Part shown: positions 11,236-23,699 of the stretch, piece after piece | How the letters are laid out: every line of letters begins with the position of its first letter | Position numbering within the stretch: position 1 is the stretch's first letter | The notes under the pieces: generated by a model | Database searches by the model: none | What the model was told of the DNA's origin: nothing | The model's input: only the letters and a program-made list of their open reading frames with translations | Position numbers and translations under genes: made by a program | Assembly: GCA_963713605.1 (NCBI GenBank) | Contig: CAVQMO010000003.1 | Span: 61,892 to 125,891 of the forward strand | Length of the DNA stretch: 64,000 nt | Reading direction: 5' to 3' | Source of the DNA: an uncultured Nitrososphaerales archaeon | GTDB lineage: Archaea; Thermoproteota; Nitrososphaeria; Nitrososphaerales; Nitrososphaeraceae

Positions 11236-12467
11236 TCTTTGGAGGCTCGTAGTTGCATAAGGATAGCCTGAATGAATCAAGGATATCATCATGTGATGTC
11301 TGTTGTTTGTCGAGCTTCCAATCATCTATCACAACTGCGGTCCGTAGAGACACGATTAGTTTCTGTAATGATGGATGGATCTTGATGAACCTCTTGGACA
11401 TCAGTGTATATGTCCATTGTAGCATCTCTCTATGTCTCTTCTGAAAGTTAACGGGTATTATCTGCCAGCTGTTACTGCTTCGCAACGACCATATCTGTTC
11501 TTCCGTTAGCCTTCCGTAATAGTCATGGTACTCCCCTATCCTTGACTTGAGTTCTCTTATGACTTCTGGATTTGCGCCATCACAATATATTTTAGTACAG
11601 TGATGCCTCTGCTTCAGCTGCATGATATGATTGATGATCTCATTCATCAACGGTTTCTCGAAGCTCTCTGCATAGAATACTTCTACTCTGTTGTTTCTAT
11701 ATTGAGTAATGACAATAGCAAACTTTGAAGTATCTCCCCAGGCGACATCAATACCCATACTCCTTCCTATCATCGTACTTGTGGACCAGTCCAACATTTC
11801 CTGTCCTTGCTGTTGGGTTACTATGGCTGCTTCTATATCTAGCACATGGAAGACATTGCCAACCTTTCCTAAGTACTTGAGGTTGTATTCTCGTTCAAAG
11901 CTAGGCGATGCTTTGGCCTTCTGCTACAGTAGTAACAAACGGCAATCGATTTTCAACAGCAAAGAGGCTTTTCAGTCTGGCTATTAATCCGATGGCAAGT
12001 TCAATCCTAGGACCTGTTACGATGCACATCTGTGAACCTTTTAGACTATCATTCTTCATGCAGAGCCAAGCCATGTAACGCAACATAAATTCAGTAATGC
12101 CTAATCCAGTTGCTTTTTTGATCCAGACATGTTTATACTTCTGCAGTGTATCGAATAACAATTGTTCATAATCGAACATAGGCATAGGCTGTCCATTCTT
12201 CTGAGGTAGGCCGATGGCATGGTTGAAACAGCAAAGATTTGGGTTACTATCAAAAATCTTGTACGAAACTTTTGCGTTAGATGTAGATGAATTTTGAAAT
12301 CTTATTTTTTTCGAATAAATTTTCGAAATTTCAACTTCTAAATTTGAATTAGGCCACTGACAGTAAAACGGTAGTCCCTGCAATAATTCGAATTGATTTG
12401 GTGCAGTAGTAAATCCGAATTGCTGTTCGTACCTGTCGAGTATTTTATCGAGACTATTTAATGTCAT
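11231..12467 (-). pseudogene. terL: Terminase large subunit with internal deletion (copy B)
   Basis: Walker A-like WIKKATGLGITE, FEREY linker, nuclease acids GIDVAWG / YCDGAN / HDDILDS; Walker B region missing at the junction near 11925. Confidence 0.85.
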
Positions 12468-12919
12468 GTGTGACTAACTCATTGTTTTGAGGCACAAAAC
12501 TCCTGCCTCGATATCTGTCAATAAAATCGACTGCCTTCTGAATTACGTTAGCATTGCTAAGAAGTTCTATCTTCATTTGATATGCCTGCATGCCAATTTG
12601 TAATGACTGCAACTTCTCGCGATTCTGTAATTGTTATCACACCATTGCTTGAGTTGGCAATATCCCAGGTCTTTGTTAGTATGGCGTCCAATCCCACAAG
12701 ACATTTCTGATATTCCAGTGGTAGAATTTCATTGATGTACTTGCCTATGTTTTCACGGGCCCGCTTCCGCAAATACTGCAAGTCCCTGTTTACTGTGGCT
12801 AGCCCTACATGCAGAATAGATGCAATCTGTGGTTGGCTGCGGCCTTCGCTAGATAACTCTAATACTTTATTCCTGCGCCATTGCAGCCTTTCCGTTTCTG
12901 TGCTCAATCTTTCCACCAC
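12454..12919 (-). CDS. HTH protein directly upstream of TerL, putative terminase small subunit (frameshift near 12620)
   Basis: QWRRNKVLELSSEGRSQPQIASILHVGLATVNRDL HTH; corrected C-terminus ...QMKIELLSNANVIQKAVDFIDR overlaps the TerL start; paralog of 23700..24191. Confidence 0.7.
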
Positions 12920-12972
12920 CTGATTTTCCTACATTGGTTCTAAGTCCAACTCGAAATGATACACACAAATAG

Positions 12973-13573
12973 TCAAAATCCCATATGTGTCTGATTCGCT
13001 GCGATATGCTGTAAGGCAGTGCCGTGTGCAGATACCGTCGCGGAGTATTCCCCTTCATCAAAGTTTAATGTTCCATTTGAAGTATTCACAAGTATCACAT
13101 CAGTTACACCTTTCGGTAGTTCTGCATGATATAAGCACGATCTTCCCATGCTTGATAAACTGATAGTGCTATTGCTGTCAAGAGTGCCACTAATAATGGC
13201 GTTCCCAATATTCAAGGTCTGTAAATTAGGAACACTACCTGTTACTATATTTATTTTAGGACTTTGCAGCAGCATTACATGGCACCTTCAGAGCGATATG
13301 ACTATGCCCCTCCACACTTGTAGAAAATGGGGTGAAATCCATTAATAGTACATAATCGCCATCGTCTAACTTTCCACTTAGAGGAATATGTTCTGAAACA
13401 ATAAGGTTATCAAGGGTATGGGCTGCGTGTTGCTGGGCCATGGTATTATTCACCGTTGACTGCGATAGTCCATACACATCAATGCTGATAATATGACTGA
13501 TAAATCCTACTGACAATATCGCTGCTAAAAGTATCCCAATATTCAGTACAACACTGAAACTGTGGAATTGCAT
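12973..13573 (-). CDS. Secreted hypothetical protein (frameshift near 13265)
   Basis: MQFHSFSVVLNIGILLAA signal peptide, TTAAATA box about 25 bp upstream; ORFs 13256.. and 12973.. join. Confidence 0.65.
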
Positions 13574-14052
13574 ATCAGATATTGAAGGAGTGAAATATTT
13601 AAGGGGTATTGGGATCAGTTGATCTTTATGCCATTTTGGATTTTGCCCAAGCTTCTTATGCAATGATGACCATATGTAAGTACAAGTGGCAGCTAAGTGG
13701 GGGGTCAAGAAGCCCGTCAAATCCGAAGAATGGAACACAACAGGTTGTTACTGACGCTGCAGATGGTTCCTACCATCTTCAAGTCTTTGTAAATGGAAGT
13801 TGGATACACGACTATAGATGTAAAGAACAGACGAACAAGGACTGCAAAAAGAAATAAGAAAATAGGAAATTGTCGATGCATTCCTTTTGTGATAGTCCTC
13901 TTTCATCCTTGTCTCAAAATGGTAAATTCCTTATGGTTTCTGACAGGATCCGAAAGCCAACCTAAAAGTTCTTCTAAAACCTTATGTTCCATTGGTCCAG
14001 CACCATTATTTCAATACACCCAGTTGTAAAGTGTTTTCATCTATCAGGGGCC

Positions 14053-15533
14053 TCATGTAATCCGGAAACATTGACTTTGAACGAATCCGCTTCGCTTCTG
14101 ATATCCAACTGGGCAGTATCCGCCTGGAAGTTGCGATGTTAAATCGTCGTTCGTTAATTTAAGTGCGTCAAGTTTACACATGTTACCGCCAGGAACAGGA
14201 GCAGTAGGAGTGGGAACCTTATGATAACTTGGTGGGCAGCTCCCATCTGGAAGCGGATCATGAATTTTAAGGCTACAACGGTCGTTGTTTACGCCGCTAG
14301 GAAAATATCCTGACAGACAGCTTCCATCTGGGGCTCGATAGTTAGGCTCCTCTTCAAAACATAACGAATGCTGCTTCTCTGTGATATGAACTCCACCATC
14401 ATTAATTGCACACTCGCCTGCAGGTAGATATCCTCCGGTTTGTGGGTCAGGGCAAAAACCATAAATATCATGTCCACCGCTACGGTCATTAGGGTCTGCT
14501 CCTGGACATGCCGGTGCGTGAAAAGAGCCATCATAACACTTTTGCGTAGGTGGATCAAAAACACCATTACAGCTTCCATCTGGATCCACGGGCTTTTCCT
14601 TGATACCTCCACCTGGTGGTACTGGTGGTAGTCCCAATCCACCACCTCGCATATCAATTCCCGGACACCTACCATTATCATCTATTGGTAGGGGTGGACA
14701 TGTCTCTTGAGTTAGACGGAGCAATGGATCGATTTGTTCTGTAGGAGTTGCTGGCAGAGTATCAGTTGGAGGCTGTTCTGGAGGTGTGTTGGTTGGAGGA
14801 GTTGCTGGTGGAGTTGCTGGTGGGTTATCTAAACGACAATTAACAAATCCAGTTCCAGGCTGACCCGCATTACCTGGGCTTCCACCTGCTTCATGAGATC
14901 CTGCTGGGCACTCTCCGTTTACTGCAGGTACATATTGCGAGGGAGTTGTACCACCTGTACTACCACCATCAGTATTAGGAACGGTATCTTTCTCACATAC
15001 TTGGCTTCCTGGAAACTTGTGAGATCCTTCTGGACAGGTGCCATCAGCATTGGGCATTACTAGCATATGACTATCTTGTGTTGGTGCAGTCGCAGGTGTG
15101 GGGCAATTACCATTAGCATCAGGCGTTGAACCATCAGGACAGGTTGTTTGCTGATTTGATTCGGGAGGGGGCGTTAAGCCTTCAGTTTGTTCTTGTTGGG
15201 ATATATCTGGAACACAGAGATTCGCATTCTCATCAAGATGCTCGCCTGCTGGACATTGGATGCCTTGGTCACCAGTACCCTCATCTGGAATAGGAGTGTC
15301 GCTATCACCTGAAGGGCCACCACCTTCGTCATCGTCCGCACCTTGGTCGTTACCGCCTGTATCTCCGCCATCACCGCCTGTATCTCCGCCATCACCTTCG
15401 TCACTTCCTCCATCTGAAGAGGCCAGTAAACCAGTGTCATTTATCGTGATGGAAGAAAAACCTAATGACTCAATAAGGGAAATACCAAAGCGAAGCTCAG
15501 AATTAAGGCTAGACAACCGTATTGCTTTGACAT
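14053..15533 (-). CDS. Cys/Pro/Gly-rich secreted repeat protein
   Basis: Recurrent PxxDGxCPxGxH-type motifs, acidic Gly-rich N-terminus, frameshifted signal peptide from ATG 15533. Confidence 0.75.
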
Positions 15534-16145
15534 GGAATTAGCTATAACATGAGCCTATTAAAGTTATAGAACATTTTATGGAGATATATCATAACTTCTA
15601 ACCTAAAAATGGTATATATTACTTTAGTTATCGTTTTGTGGAAGTTTGAAATCCATACCGTAAACGTCTGCTGTCATTACCTCAACTTACAACGCGTCAA
15701 TATTCTAATGAAGACTAGAGAGACATCCTAACTGCTTTAGTGTGATGTAACGTTATCAGTAATTCTTCGGAGCCTAAAGCCCAATACCCAAGAGACCTAA
15801 AGGTAATACTAAGAAGAAACGTTGAAGATATTGAGTCATAGCTCGATGCTGCATTCCCATTGTATCCCATCTCACCAGTGCTGATCCTTGGAGGGTGTCT
15901 ATAGCAGTATCAGATGCTACCAGTTTAAAGAACTTGGGGCATAATGTTACACTTATGCTCAACTCTCAACTGCCAAGAGAAAGTTAGGTACTGATTAATC
16001 AAAGGCTTGCAGTAGAGGCTTGTGAAATGCATTCTCGAATACCATCGCGCTAGCGATAGTTGGAATTAGAAATGCTTGTAACTACTGCCAAAGCTGAGGA
16101 GATAACCTAAGCCAGAGAAAAACGAAGTGACAAGACCGTTTCCAC

Positions 16146-16737
16146 TCATTCGCTTCCGTCCTCGCTGCTGCCACCAATAGTTCCGTTAGTAGCCAAAGTT
16201 AGTAAAGGTCCAAATGTAACACCGTTATCAGGTACTCACTCTCATAACAGGTGTATCGTCCGTAGCATTCGTTTCCCACCATGTAACCACGACACTATCC
16301 GCCTCTGAATCTATCTCCGCTCGCGTAGAATCTGCATCAGTTGTATTACTCAAGTTGATCTTATCTCCGAAAGATGTACCACCATCGGTAGATGCCCTGA
16401 ATAATACCTCATCATTGCCTGTCTCGTTTGTCCACCATGCTACATACACGTTGTCACCTGTGATAGCAGGAGGTGCTTTTTTCTCAGCAATTATGGACTC
16501 CTCGAATCTTAACTCTGCTAACTGGGGTCTTTTCTCGAATTCAAGATGACCAATCCCTGCTCCAGCGTCTTCTACAAGTCTTTCCTGATCTTGTGATGGG
16601 AGTGAAGGTTGGCCATAGGCTGATTGTATAATCGGATTGCCTAACACCGACGACAACAAAAGGACTGCACTGCCTGCAATAGCTAATAACCAAGTTTTTC
16701 CAGCATAGCCCTGATTGCCTTTATTGGCTCTTCTCAT
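16146..16737 (-). CDS. Secreted Asp-box (sialidase-like) protein
   Basis: VYVAWW, FRASTDGGTSFGDKINLS, VSTDNGVTFGP (last part frameshifted). Confidence 0.75.
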
Positions 16738-17004
16738 CTGCTTGGATACAGAACAATGCATAAGAAATCTTCGGGTTAAAAAACAATGATATTTGCATGG
16801 TTCAATCAATCTTACTAAAAAGTTTTCTAGTGCTTTCTAAAGTGCAACAGATTAGATAAGGTATTACGATCATGATGACGAGTTCTAGAGTTACTTTGAT
16901 TTTGTACGACTATCACGAATGTATCATTTCAGCATTCATCATTAGACTGAGCAATAGACCTTGCATACCCGTATCATCAGGCAACATTATCTTGTCATTA
17001 ATGA

Positions 17005-17313
17005 TCAAAGATTCTTTGGTGGCTCATAGTTGCATAAAGAGAGTCTGAATGAATCTAGAATATCATCATGCGACGTCTGCTGCTTGTCTAGCCTCCAGTC
17101 GTCTATTACAACTGCAGTCCGCAGAGATACTATCAACTTCTGCAGTGATGGATGTATCTTGATGAATCTTTTAGACATCAATGTATACGCCCATTGTAGC
17201 ATCTCTCTGTGTCTTTTCTGGAAGTTGACTGGGATGATCTGCATGTCTCCGGTTCTCATCTGCCAGAGCTGCTCTTCTGTATAGTAGTTATAGTTCTCAA
17301 ATTCGCCTATACG
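17005..17313 (-). pseudogene. terL: Terminase large subunit, C-terminal fragment (copy C)
   Basis: IIPVNFQKRHREMLQW...SHDDILDSFRLSLCNYEPPKN nearly identical to the end of copy B. Confidence 0.85.
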
Positions 17314-17467
17314 GAATGGTTTTAAGTTTGCTGGTATCCCAGGCATCTATTGAATAGTAGTAGTAACACCCTAATGGAGAATTTGCATCTGCAATTTTTG
17401 AGGCTCCATACTATTCATAGCCCAAATGACGGATAATGGAGTACAAAAAAAGAGGGTGTGTAATTAC

Positions 17468-19170
17468 CTATTCTAATGATGCACTATTCTCAGCAGAGTT
17501 GTTTGCACTTGACCCATCATCTACATCTTCTGAATGTTGATTGTTGCTTTGTTCTGCAGAGTTATCGGATGAACCTGAGATATCTATATTGTTGCTAGCC
17601 TCATTAGAAGACTCTGAGTCATCTGATATGTTCTCGTTGCTCTGATTATTGTCTTGATCAATTTCGTTGTTATTCGCTGGTGTAACTTCACCTGATTCAA
17701 GGTCTTCTATGCTTTCTATATTTGCATTGTTGGTACCTTCATTAGTAGCTGTAGAATCATCCTCTACATTCTCATTACTCTGTTCATTATCCTGGTTAAT
17801 GTTATTGCTAGTTGCTGGTTCTATAAACCCTCCTACGACATTTAGAGAGTTTCCTGCGGTATTCCCACACTCTGAGCCATCAGTACATTCCTTATTTTCC
17901 TGCTGATTGTTTTGGTTTAGATTACTTTCTGAGGCAAAGACTGTGGAGTCGCCATTATTTGCTGCGGTATTCCCACACTCTGAGCCATCAGTACATTCCT
18001 TATTTTCCTGCTGATTGTTTTGGTTGAATGTAACGGCATTGGATTCGCCAAGGAAAGGTACATTATTATTCGCCTGATTGCCACATTCAGAATCATTAAA
18101 ACATTCTTCATTGCTTTGCTTATTGGTCTGTTTCAGGTGTGAGTCGAATGCGAATCCCAGAGTCCCGTCATTAGATGCTTGGTTGTTGCATTGCGTTCCA
18201 TCTGCACATTCTTCATTTTTCTGCTCATTGGTCTTTTCTGAGGAACTATCGAGCGCACCGAATACAGATCCTATGTTTTCAGCTTCATTACTGCAGTGCG
18301 TTCCATCTTTGCAATCTTTATTATCTTGTCGATTCTCCATATCAAGTCTACCGTTTCCCGTTTGAACGTCACCTAGGTTACTGGCTCCATTACTGCATTG
18401 AGTATATCGATACAATCCTCATTGTTTTGCAAGTTCCTTTGTACCAGTGTTGCATCAAATGCGAATGTCGTGGCTCCTAAGTTGTCACCTTGGTTGTTGC
18501 ATTGTGTTCCGTCTATACACCCTTCATTGGTCTGCTTATTTATCTGCGTGATACTACTTCTTTCGGAAAATATGTGTTCACCGAGATTAGATGCGGTATT
18601 TGAAGCAGTAGAATCATCCTTTGTATGTTCATTGGATTGCACATTAGCCTGATTAACTGCTGAATCAATAGTTCCCTCCATAGAAGCAAGGTTTCTTGCG
18701 ACATTTATGGCCGTAGAGCCATCCTCTGTTTCTTCATTACTTGCCAGGTTGTCCTGGTCTATTAATCCGTTGTCAGAAGATGATATCACCGCAGCGTTGC
18801 CGACGTCATTAGTACAATCCGTGTTATCTATGCAATCAGTGTTGCTCATATCATTAAACTGGTCTATGGTTGAATCGGTGGAAGAAGGAGGGATATGACC
18901 ATCATTGCTAGCTAAATTAGTACAAACTGACTCATCAACACACCGTTCTACTAATTCTTCATTACGTTGGATTATCGTGTTTATCGCGTAAGCTTCATTG
19001 GATTGTGGATTAGCGGCTCCGAGCATACTCATAACGGCTGCCGAAATAACAAAAATGTAGGCACCCGCGAATACCCTTTTTCTAGTTGACCATGCCGATC
19101 TCTTACATATCTGAGTATGAGAAGAGGCGTCTAGCTTACTATTAATAGCATACTTCTTTATGACCACCAT
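17468..19170 (-). CDS. Secreted Asn/Gln-rich repeat protein, probable beta-solenoid (frameshift near 18400)
   Basis: Signal peptide; about 36-aa repeats QxNxQxNxxCxDxxxCxNxAxN; ORFs 18373..19170 and 17468..18415 join. Confidence 0.8.
17854..18025. repeat. 64-bp exact direct repeat, 108-bp period, inside the repeat protein
   Basis: ctgcggtattcccacactctgagccatcagtacattcc...ttttggtt at 17854 and 17962. Confidence 0.85.
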
Positions 19171-19804
19171 AAGTTAGTAGGTTGTCAGTACAACTTTTAT
19201 TTAAGCAGGCCCAGATATTTGTTTTGACTTTTAACTTAATCCAGTGAATTTCTTGCATGAACGCTACTATGTGAGATAGCCTACTTAGAAAATACGCTTC
19301 CTAAGCCCATCCTCACTGCGATGGTTTTCCAGCTCAACAAGTTTAGGACATTTGGATGTTTTTTGGTGCTACTCTCTCTTTAGTTCTTTAGTTTAAATCG
19401 TATATCATACTACAAGATATGATCGTATATCTGAATTTTAGCTCTTAAGGAGCTCAAATTTTATTCATCTGAATATCGCCAATGCAAGGATTGTCTCTTA
19501 CTAATTCATTCAGACATTGGTTAACTTAAGCATGTGACCGACTTGGTAGCCTGTGAGCGATACCTACTGCAGGTAGTCATTTGAAGACTCTAAATTGAGT
19601 AAATTTCATCAATTCTTGTAGGAGAGAGAATCGTCAAAATCTGTTGATTGGGGATAGGCCTCCTTGTTGGTATAAGTGCACTAGGCCCACATGATAGAGT
19701 GGACAGCGGGCTGTCAAAGAATTGAAGGAACAGTACAATTTCAAATAGGCCAGTTTATTGGTCCCCCTATAGCGAGCACCCTCCTTCTTCACTTTCAAAC
19801 CTGA

Positions 19805-19933
19805 GCTATATGCTAAGTGCTTGGGATTTGGCGTATACTCCTCCTCTAATATCTCCTGTCTATTCTCTATCCCTAACTATCTGAAGGTATTTTCATCAAT
19901 GCCTATACGCGTGGCTTCTGGGACTTTCTTCGC
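19805..19933 (-). pseudogene. Remnant of a type IIB topoisomerase A-like C-terminal region
   Basis: AKKVPEATRIGIDENTFR*LGIENRQEILEEEYTPNPKHL aligns by eye with TPRIGITRDTVKWL...DVEEEYLPPP of 26632..28383. Confidence 0.5.
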
Positions 19934-20246
19934 TGGGCATACAACTTCAATTTGATATTATATTATATTTTGCGTCAGATACGAAATTAAATGGTCCCGT
20001 TGCTGTGAAGTCAATTAATGATCCACTAAAGCGAATTTCGTGCTCACCAGCAGGAAGGGGCTTCAAAAGAATCCAAAAACCTTTAATTGTAGTAATAAGA
20101 TTTACATTGTTCTCATCGTCGTTGCTGGCCCGTAAGGATCATATGATTCAAACTTTTTCGGATCTAGTCCAATTCAACCATGATACGTCATCTCATGCTT
20201 ACATACAACATCTTTTTAAGAAGTGTGTAGCCGAAAATAAGCCATC

Positions 20247-20972
20247 GTGCAAAATGCTTCCGGAGCAACTTTCATCGTTAAAGAGATGGCAAAGCACCTT
20301 GGTAACTTGCTATTTGTGAATGGTGTATTCACATTCCTTGTTCGCAAAAGAACAAAATCAGGAGCAGAGTACAATATCAAGTTAATTGGACAGCCGACTA
20401 ACTACTTTAAATTTAGCGCCGCCATCATCGGCATATCGTTTGCGGTTATTGCAATTTTAATTGTATATGTATTCACTCAAAACGTAATGATAGTAATTGC
20501 TGCTGTATTCATTTCTCTTGGGACGGGGCGACAGATCTTTGCCTCGGCGCTGGATGTCGTAACAACTAACCTGAACACCTTCTTGTCATCTTGGGCATCA
20601 ACTCTTCTATTGCTTGCAAAAAATAGGCTGATGGTGACGACGACAGATTGGCGTTCCATAGAAAGGCGAATCGAGCTGATACTCATGAGCAGGGGGCTTG
20701 GGTATAATTTGCCTGTTAAATTTGATGGGGTGAAACCAGAATCTCAGCAAATATTATTAGAGTATCTGGATGAGCATAAATGGGAGTTAGAGTATCAACA
20801 GCCTATTACAGATGATGATTCTAGCTGCCTTGCATTTGTCCAATACGAAACTAAAAAGATGAAAGAGAAGTTGCAGATATATGATGATCTGGAAGAACTA
20901 CAGGAAAGGAGTGGAGGCGTTAACGCAGTAATCCTGATAGCATTGGGAACGTTGATTTGGTTAGTTTCATAG
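20247..20972 (+). CDS. Hypothetical membrane protein
   Basis: Two central TM segments and one C-terminal TM segment. Confidence 0.55.
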   Translation: MQNASGATFIVKEMAKHLGNLLFVNGVFTFLVRKRTKSGAEYNIKLIGQPTNYFKFSAAIIGISFAVIAILIVYVFTQNVMIVIAAVFISLGTGRQIFASALDVVTTNLNTFLSSWASTLLLLAKNRLMVTTTDWRSIERRIELILMSRGLGYNLPVKFDGVKPESQQILLEYLDEHKWELEYQQPITDDDSSCLAFVQYETKKMKEKLQIYDDLEELQERSGGVNAVILIALGTLIWLVS

Positions 20973-21364
20973 TTTTGGCACTACTGGCAGTTCTAAAAAG
21001 AGACTCAATAGTAATAACATAAACCTAGCTATTATAGAAGGGCCAAACTATCGAATGTTAATACCAGAACTTTTGAAATAACCTTCGCATTTGGTGACAG
21101 GCAATCTTCCTTCTTTCGTCAAGCGCCTTGGTTTGGAAGTTCATAGTTGCATAGTGACAATCGAAACGAAGCAAGTGTCTCAACATGAGATGTTTGCTGC
21201 TTGTCTAATCTCGTCATCTAATACCGCTGCCGTTCTTAAGGAGACTATCAACTTCCGAGCGGAGGTTATGAGAATTCATGATTCAAAATTTCACTTGTAA
21301 CAAACATAATGTACTAATGAAAATAACATTATGTTTTAGCATGTGTGTAGCAAAAAAATGCTAC

Positions 21365-22537
21365 TTAGTGCAGATAACTGACTTCCCAGATGGCAGGGGC
21401 GCTTGCTGTTTCGTTGGTTCCTTCCCACTGCACATTAAGTGTACCTGTGCCCGCTAACCGCATATATTCAGGGGTTCCGTAGATGGTTGCATTAGTATTA
21501 ACAATGGTGGGGGGGTGTGCAATGATTGAAGGGTTAGTAAGAGTCAGAGTAGCTGAATTTGAGCCGTTCTTCCATTGTAAGGTCAATATTTCTGGGTATG
21601 TATGTACTCCTGAAGGAGAAGTAAAGTTTTTCCCTGATGTGTGCGCAGTAACGCCCTGCATAGTTTCGACCAAGACCTCACTTGGCCCATTTCCTTTGGC
21701 CAAATAGGCATCCACGGTTTTCTGATGGTTAAATGGCGCTGAAGTGGTCAGTTCGAACATGTCTATAGTGTAGTTTCCATAATGACCAGTTGACCAGTAC
21801 CAGCCGTCGTAGTCCTGGTTCCAGTTGACTGTTCCCCACTGCTTGTCTATATACCCTGTTCCCTGTATGCTGTGAGACTGGCCGCCGTAGGTCAAGTTAC
21901 CATGAACTTTAGCAAATGGCATTGGATCATTCGTAGCGCTGAATCGTGTCAGCGATGAGTCGAAATACCACATACCACTGCCGCCAAATCTTGTGGGTGG
22001 AGCGGCAATTTCGTAAACTGATATTAGCCCCTACTCCATTCTCCGTCGGTGGAACGTGCAAATTAATGGTATTCAAATCACCACGAGCCCAGATATCACC
22101 CATCGTTACGTTCATTGTATCGCGTGCAGCCTTTGAATTGGGTAGCATCTACCTTCGTTTCCCCTCCTAAATGCGTGCCATTAGGAGTGGTAACGGCTAT
22201 AGTGGCGTAGGGCTGAAGCGGCCCATTGTTGTCAACCCACGGCTTTACAAGTAATGTAATTTGGGTTGTTGAATTATCATCGAATTTTCCCTGAAAGTAC
22301 CACCACTCAAATGTGCCTGGCATTGGATTGGTAGCCATGCCAGCATCTGATGGTTGCATCGTAGGTGCCTGTCCTTCGAATTTCCTATATTCTTGTGTGT
22401 CTCCTGTGATTATCTTGTTCGTGTCATTTTTCGTAGTTGCATTCGTAGTTGCATTTGCGAAAGAAGTGTACGATGAAATGCTTATCACTCCTGACACTAG
22501 TACTGCTACTGGTAACCATTTTGGTTGGAACGATCAT
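21365..22537 (-). CDS. Secreted CrtC/AttH-like (lipocalin-fold hydratase) protein, frameshifted
   Basis: FEWWYFQGKFDD, GTGYIDKQWG, DGWYWS motifs spread over three joined ORFs. Confidence 0.7.
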
Positions 22538-22847
22538 ATTACCTCCTCGAATAGGAGATAGTCCTTTTAGTTTGACCTTAAGAGAATTTTGATTATTTCT
22601 GTCTTTCGACATTCGATTTTACTGGATTAACCTAGTATTTACATTTTTTTTAACAACGGTAGTGTGGTGCAACATTATCGTTAGCCTACATAGTGCACAT
22701 TCAAAGTCACTCCATAGGCAATGAAGTTGACCCGCGAAGTTTACGTCCTCTTTCCGAAGCCTTTTAAAGATTGGAGCAGCCTCTACACCTGCCTTATGAC
22801 CGAGACAGATCGTTATTGCCAGAGTTTTCTTCTGAACCGTCTAAGTT

Positions 22848-23171
22848 TCATTCCCCTTTACGCTCTAAAGGTAAGTCGGATTTGTTCCGCCGGAACGCGA
22901 TCCAAATGCTAGATGCAACTAGGGAGAGAACGCAACCTATAAAAATGTTCTGGATCCTTTCTAAAGGTGCAGCTGTCGGGTCTGTTGTTGGGTATGAGAT
23001 TTCATCAAAAAGAAGTAACGTAACGGTCATAAAGATGACAAAAAAGGCGTAAGTAGACGACCAATCGTAAAATGGTAAACCTTTCAGTAGCTCAAACTGC
23101 TTAGTTTCGATACTACCTAGCTGCTGTTGGTCGTATTTATCCAGTATTTTTGATAAGTTCTGCAGAGTCAC
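22848..23171 (-). pseudogene. Chimera: TerL N-terminus (copy D) fused to a FUSC-like membrane C-terminus
   Basis: MTLQNLSKILDKYDQQQ...FELLKGLPFY matches the start of copy B; then YAFFVIFMT...LERIQNIFIGCVLSL. Confidence 0.7.
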
Positions 23172-23254
23172 TATTAACCAAACTCAATGAAATGTATTAG
23201 TTCTTAGACTTATTAACATCATCATACCCTCCTTTTCTTAACTGGAAATGAGAA

Positions 23255-23692
23255 ATGACAGAAGAAGAACATCAACAGAAACAGAAACAACTTGAGCTAA
23301 ACAAACGGAACGTAATGGCCTTCTACGACTTGATGTTCAACCAGAACAAGCCAAGAGAAGCTATCGAAAGATATGCTGGAAAGGTTTACATTCAACACAA
23401 CCCTGCTGTGCCTGAAGGTAAGGAAGCATTTATTGAGTATTTTGAAAGAATGGCCAGGGAGTATCCAAACAAACGTGTACACTTCAAACGTGTGATAGCT
23501 GAAGGAAACTATGTAGTCTTGCATTGCTATCAGCAGTGGCCCGGCGACAGTAGTGATTGGGCGGGGATTGACATATTTCGATTAATTAAAGATGAAAATG
23601 CTAACGATAACGGCGGTGGCAAGATTGTCGAACACTGGGATGTGCTTCAGAGGATACCTGATAGAAGTGCAAACGATAATACTATGTTCTGA
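23255..23692 (+). CDS. SnoaL-like / NTF2-family protein
   Basis: [33 protein letters not shown]. Confidence 0.9.
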   Translation: MTEEEHQQKQKQLELNKRNVMAFYDLMFNQNKPREAIERYAGKVYIQHNPAVPEGKEAFIEYFERMAREYPNKRVHFKRVIAEGNYVVLHCYQQWPGDSSDWAGIDIFRLIKDENANDNGGGKIVEHWDVLQRIPDRSANDNTMF

Positions 23693-23699
23693 TTCAGAT

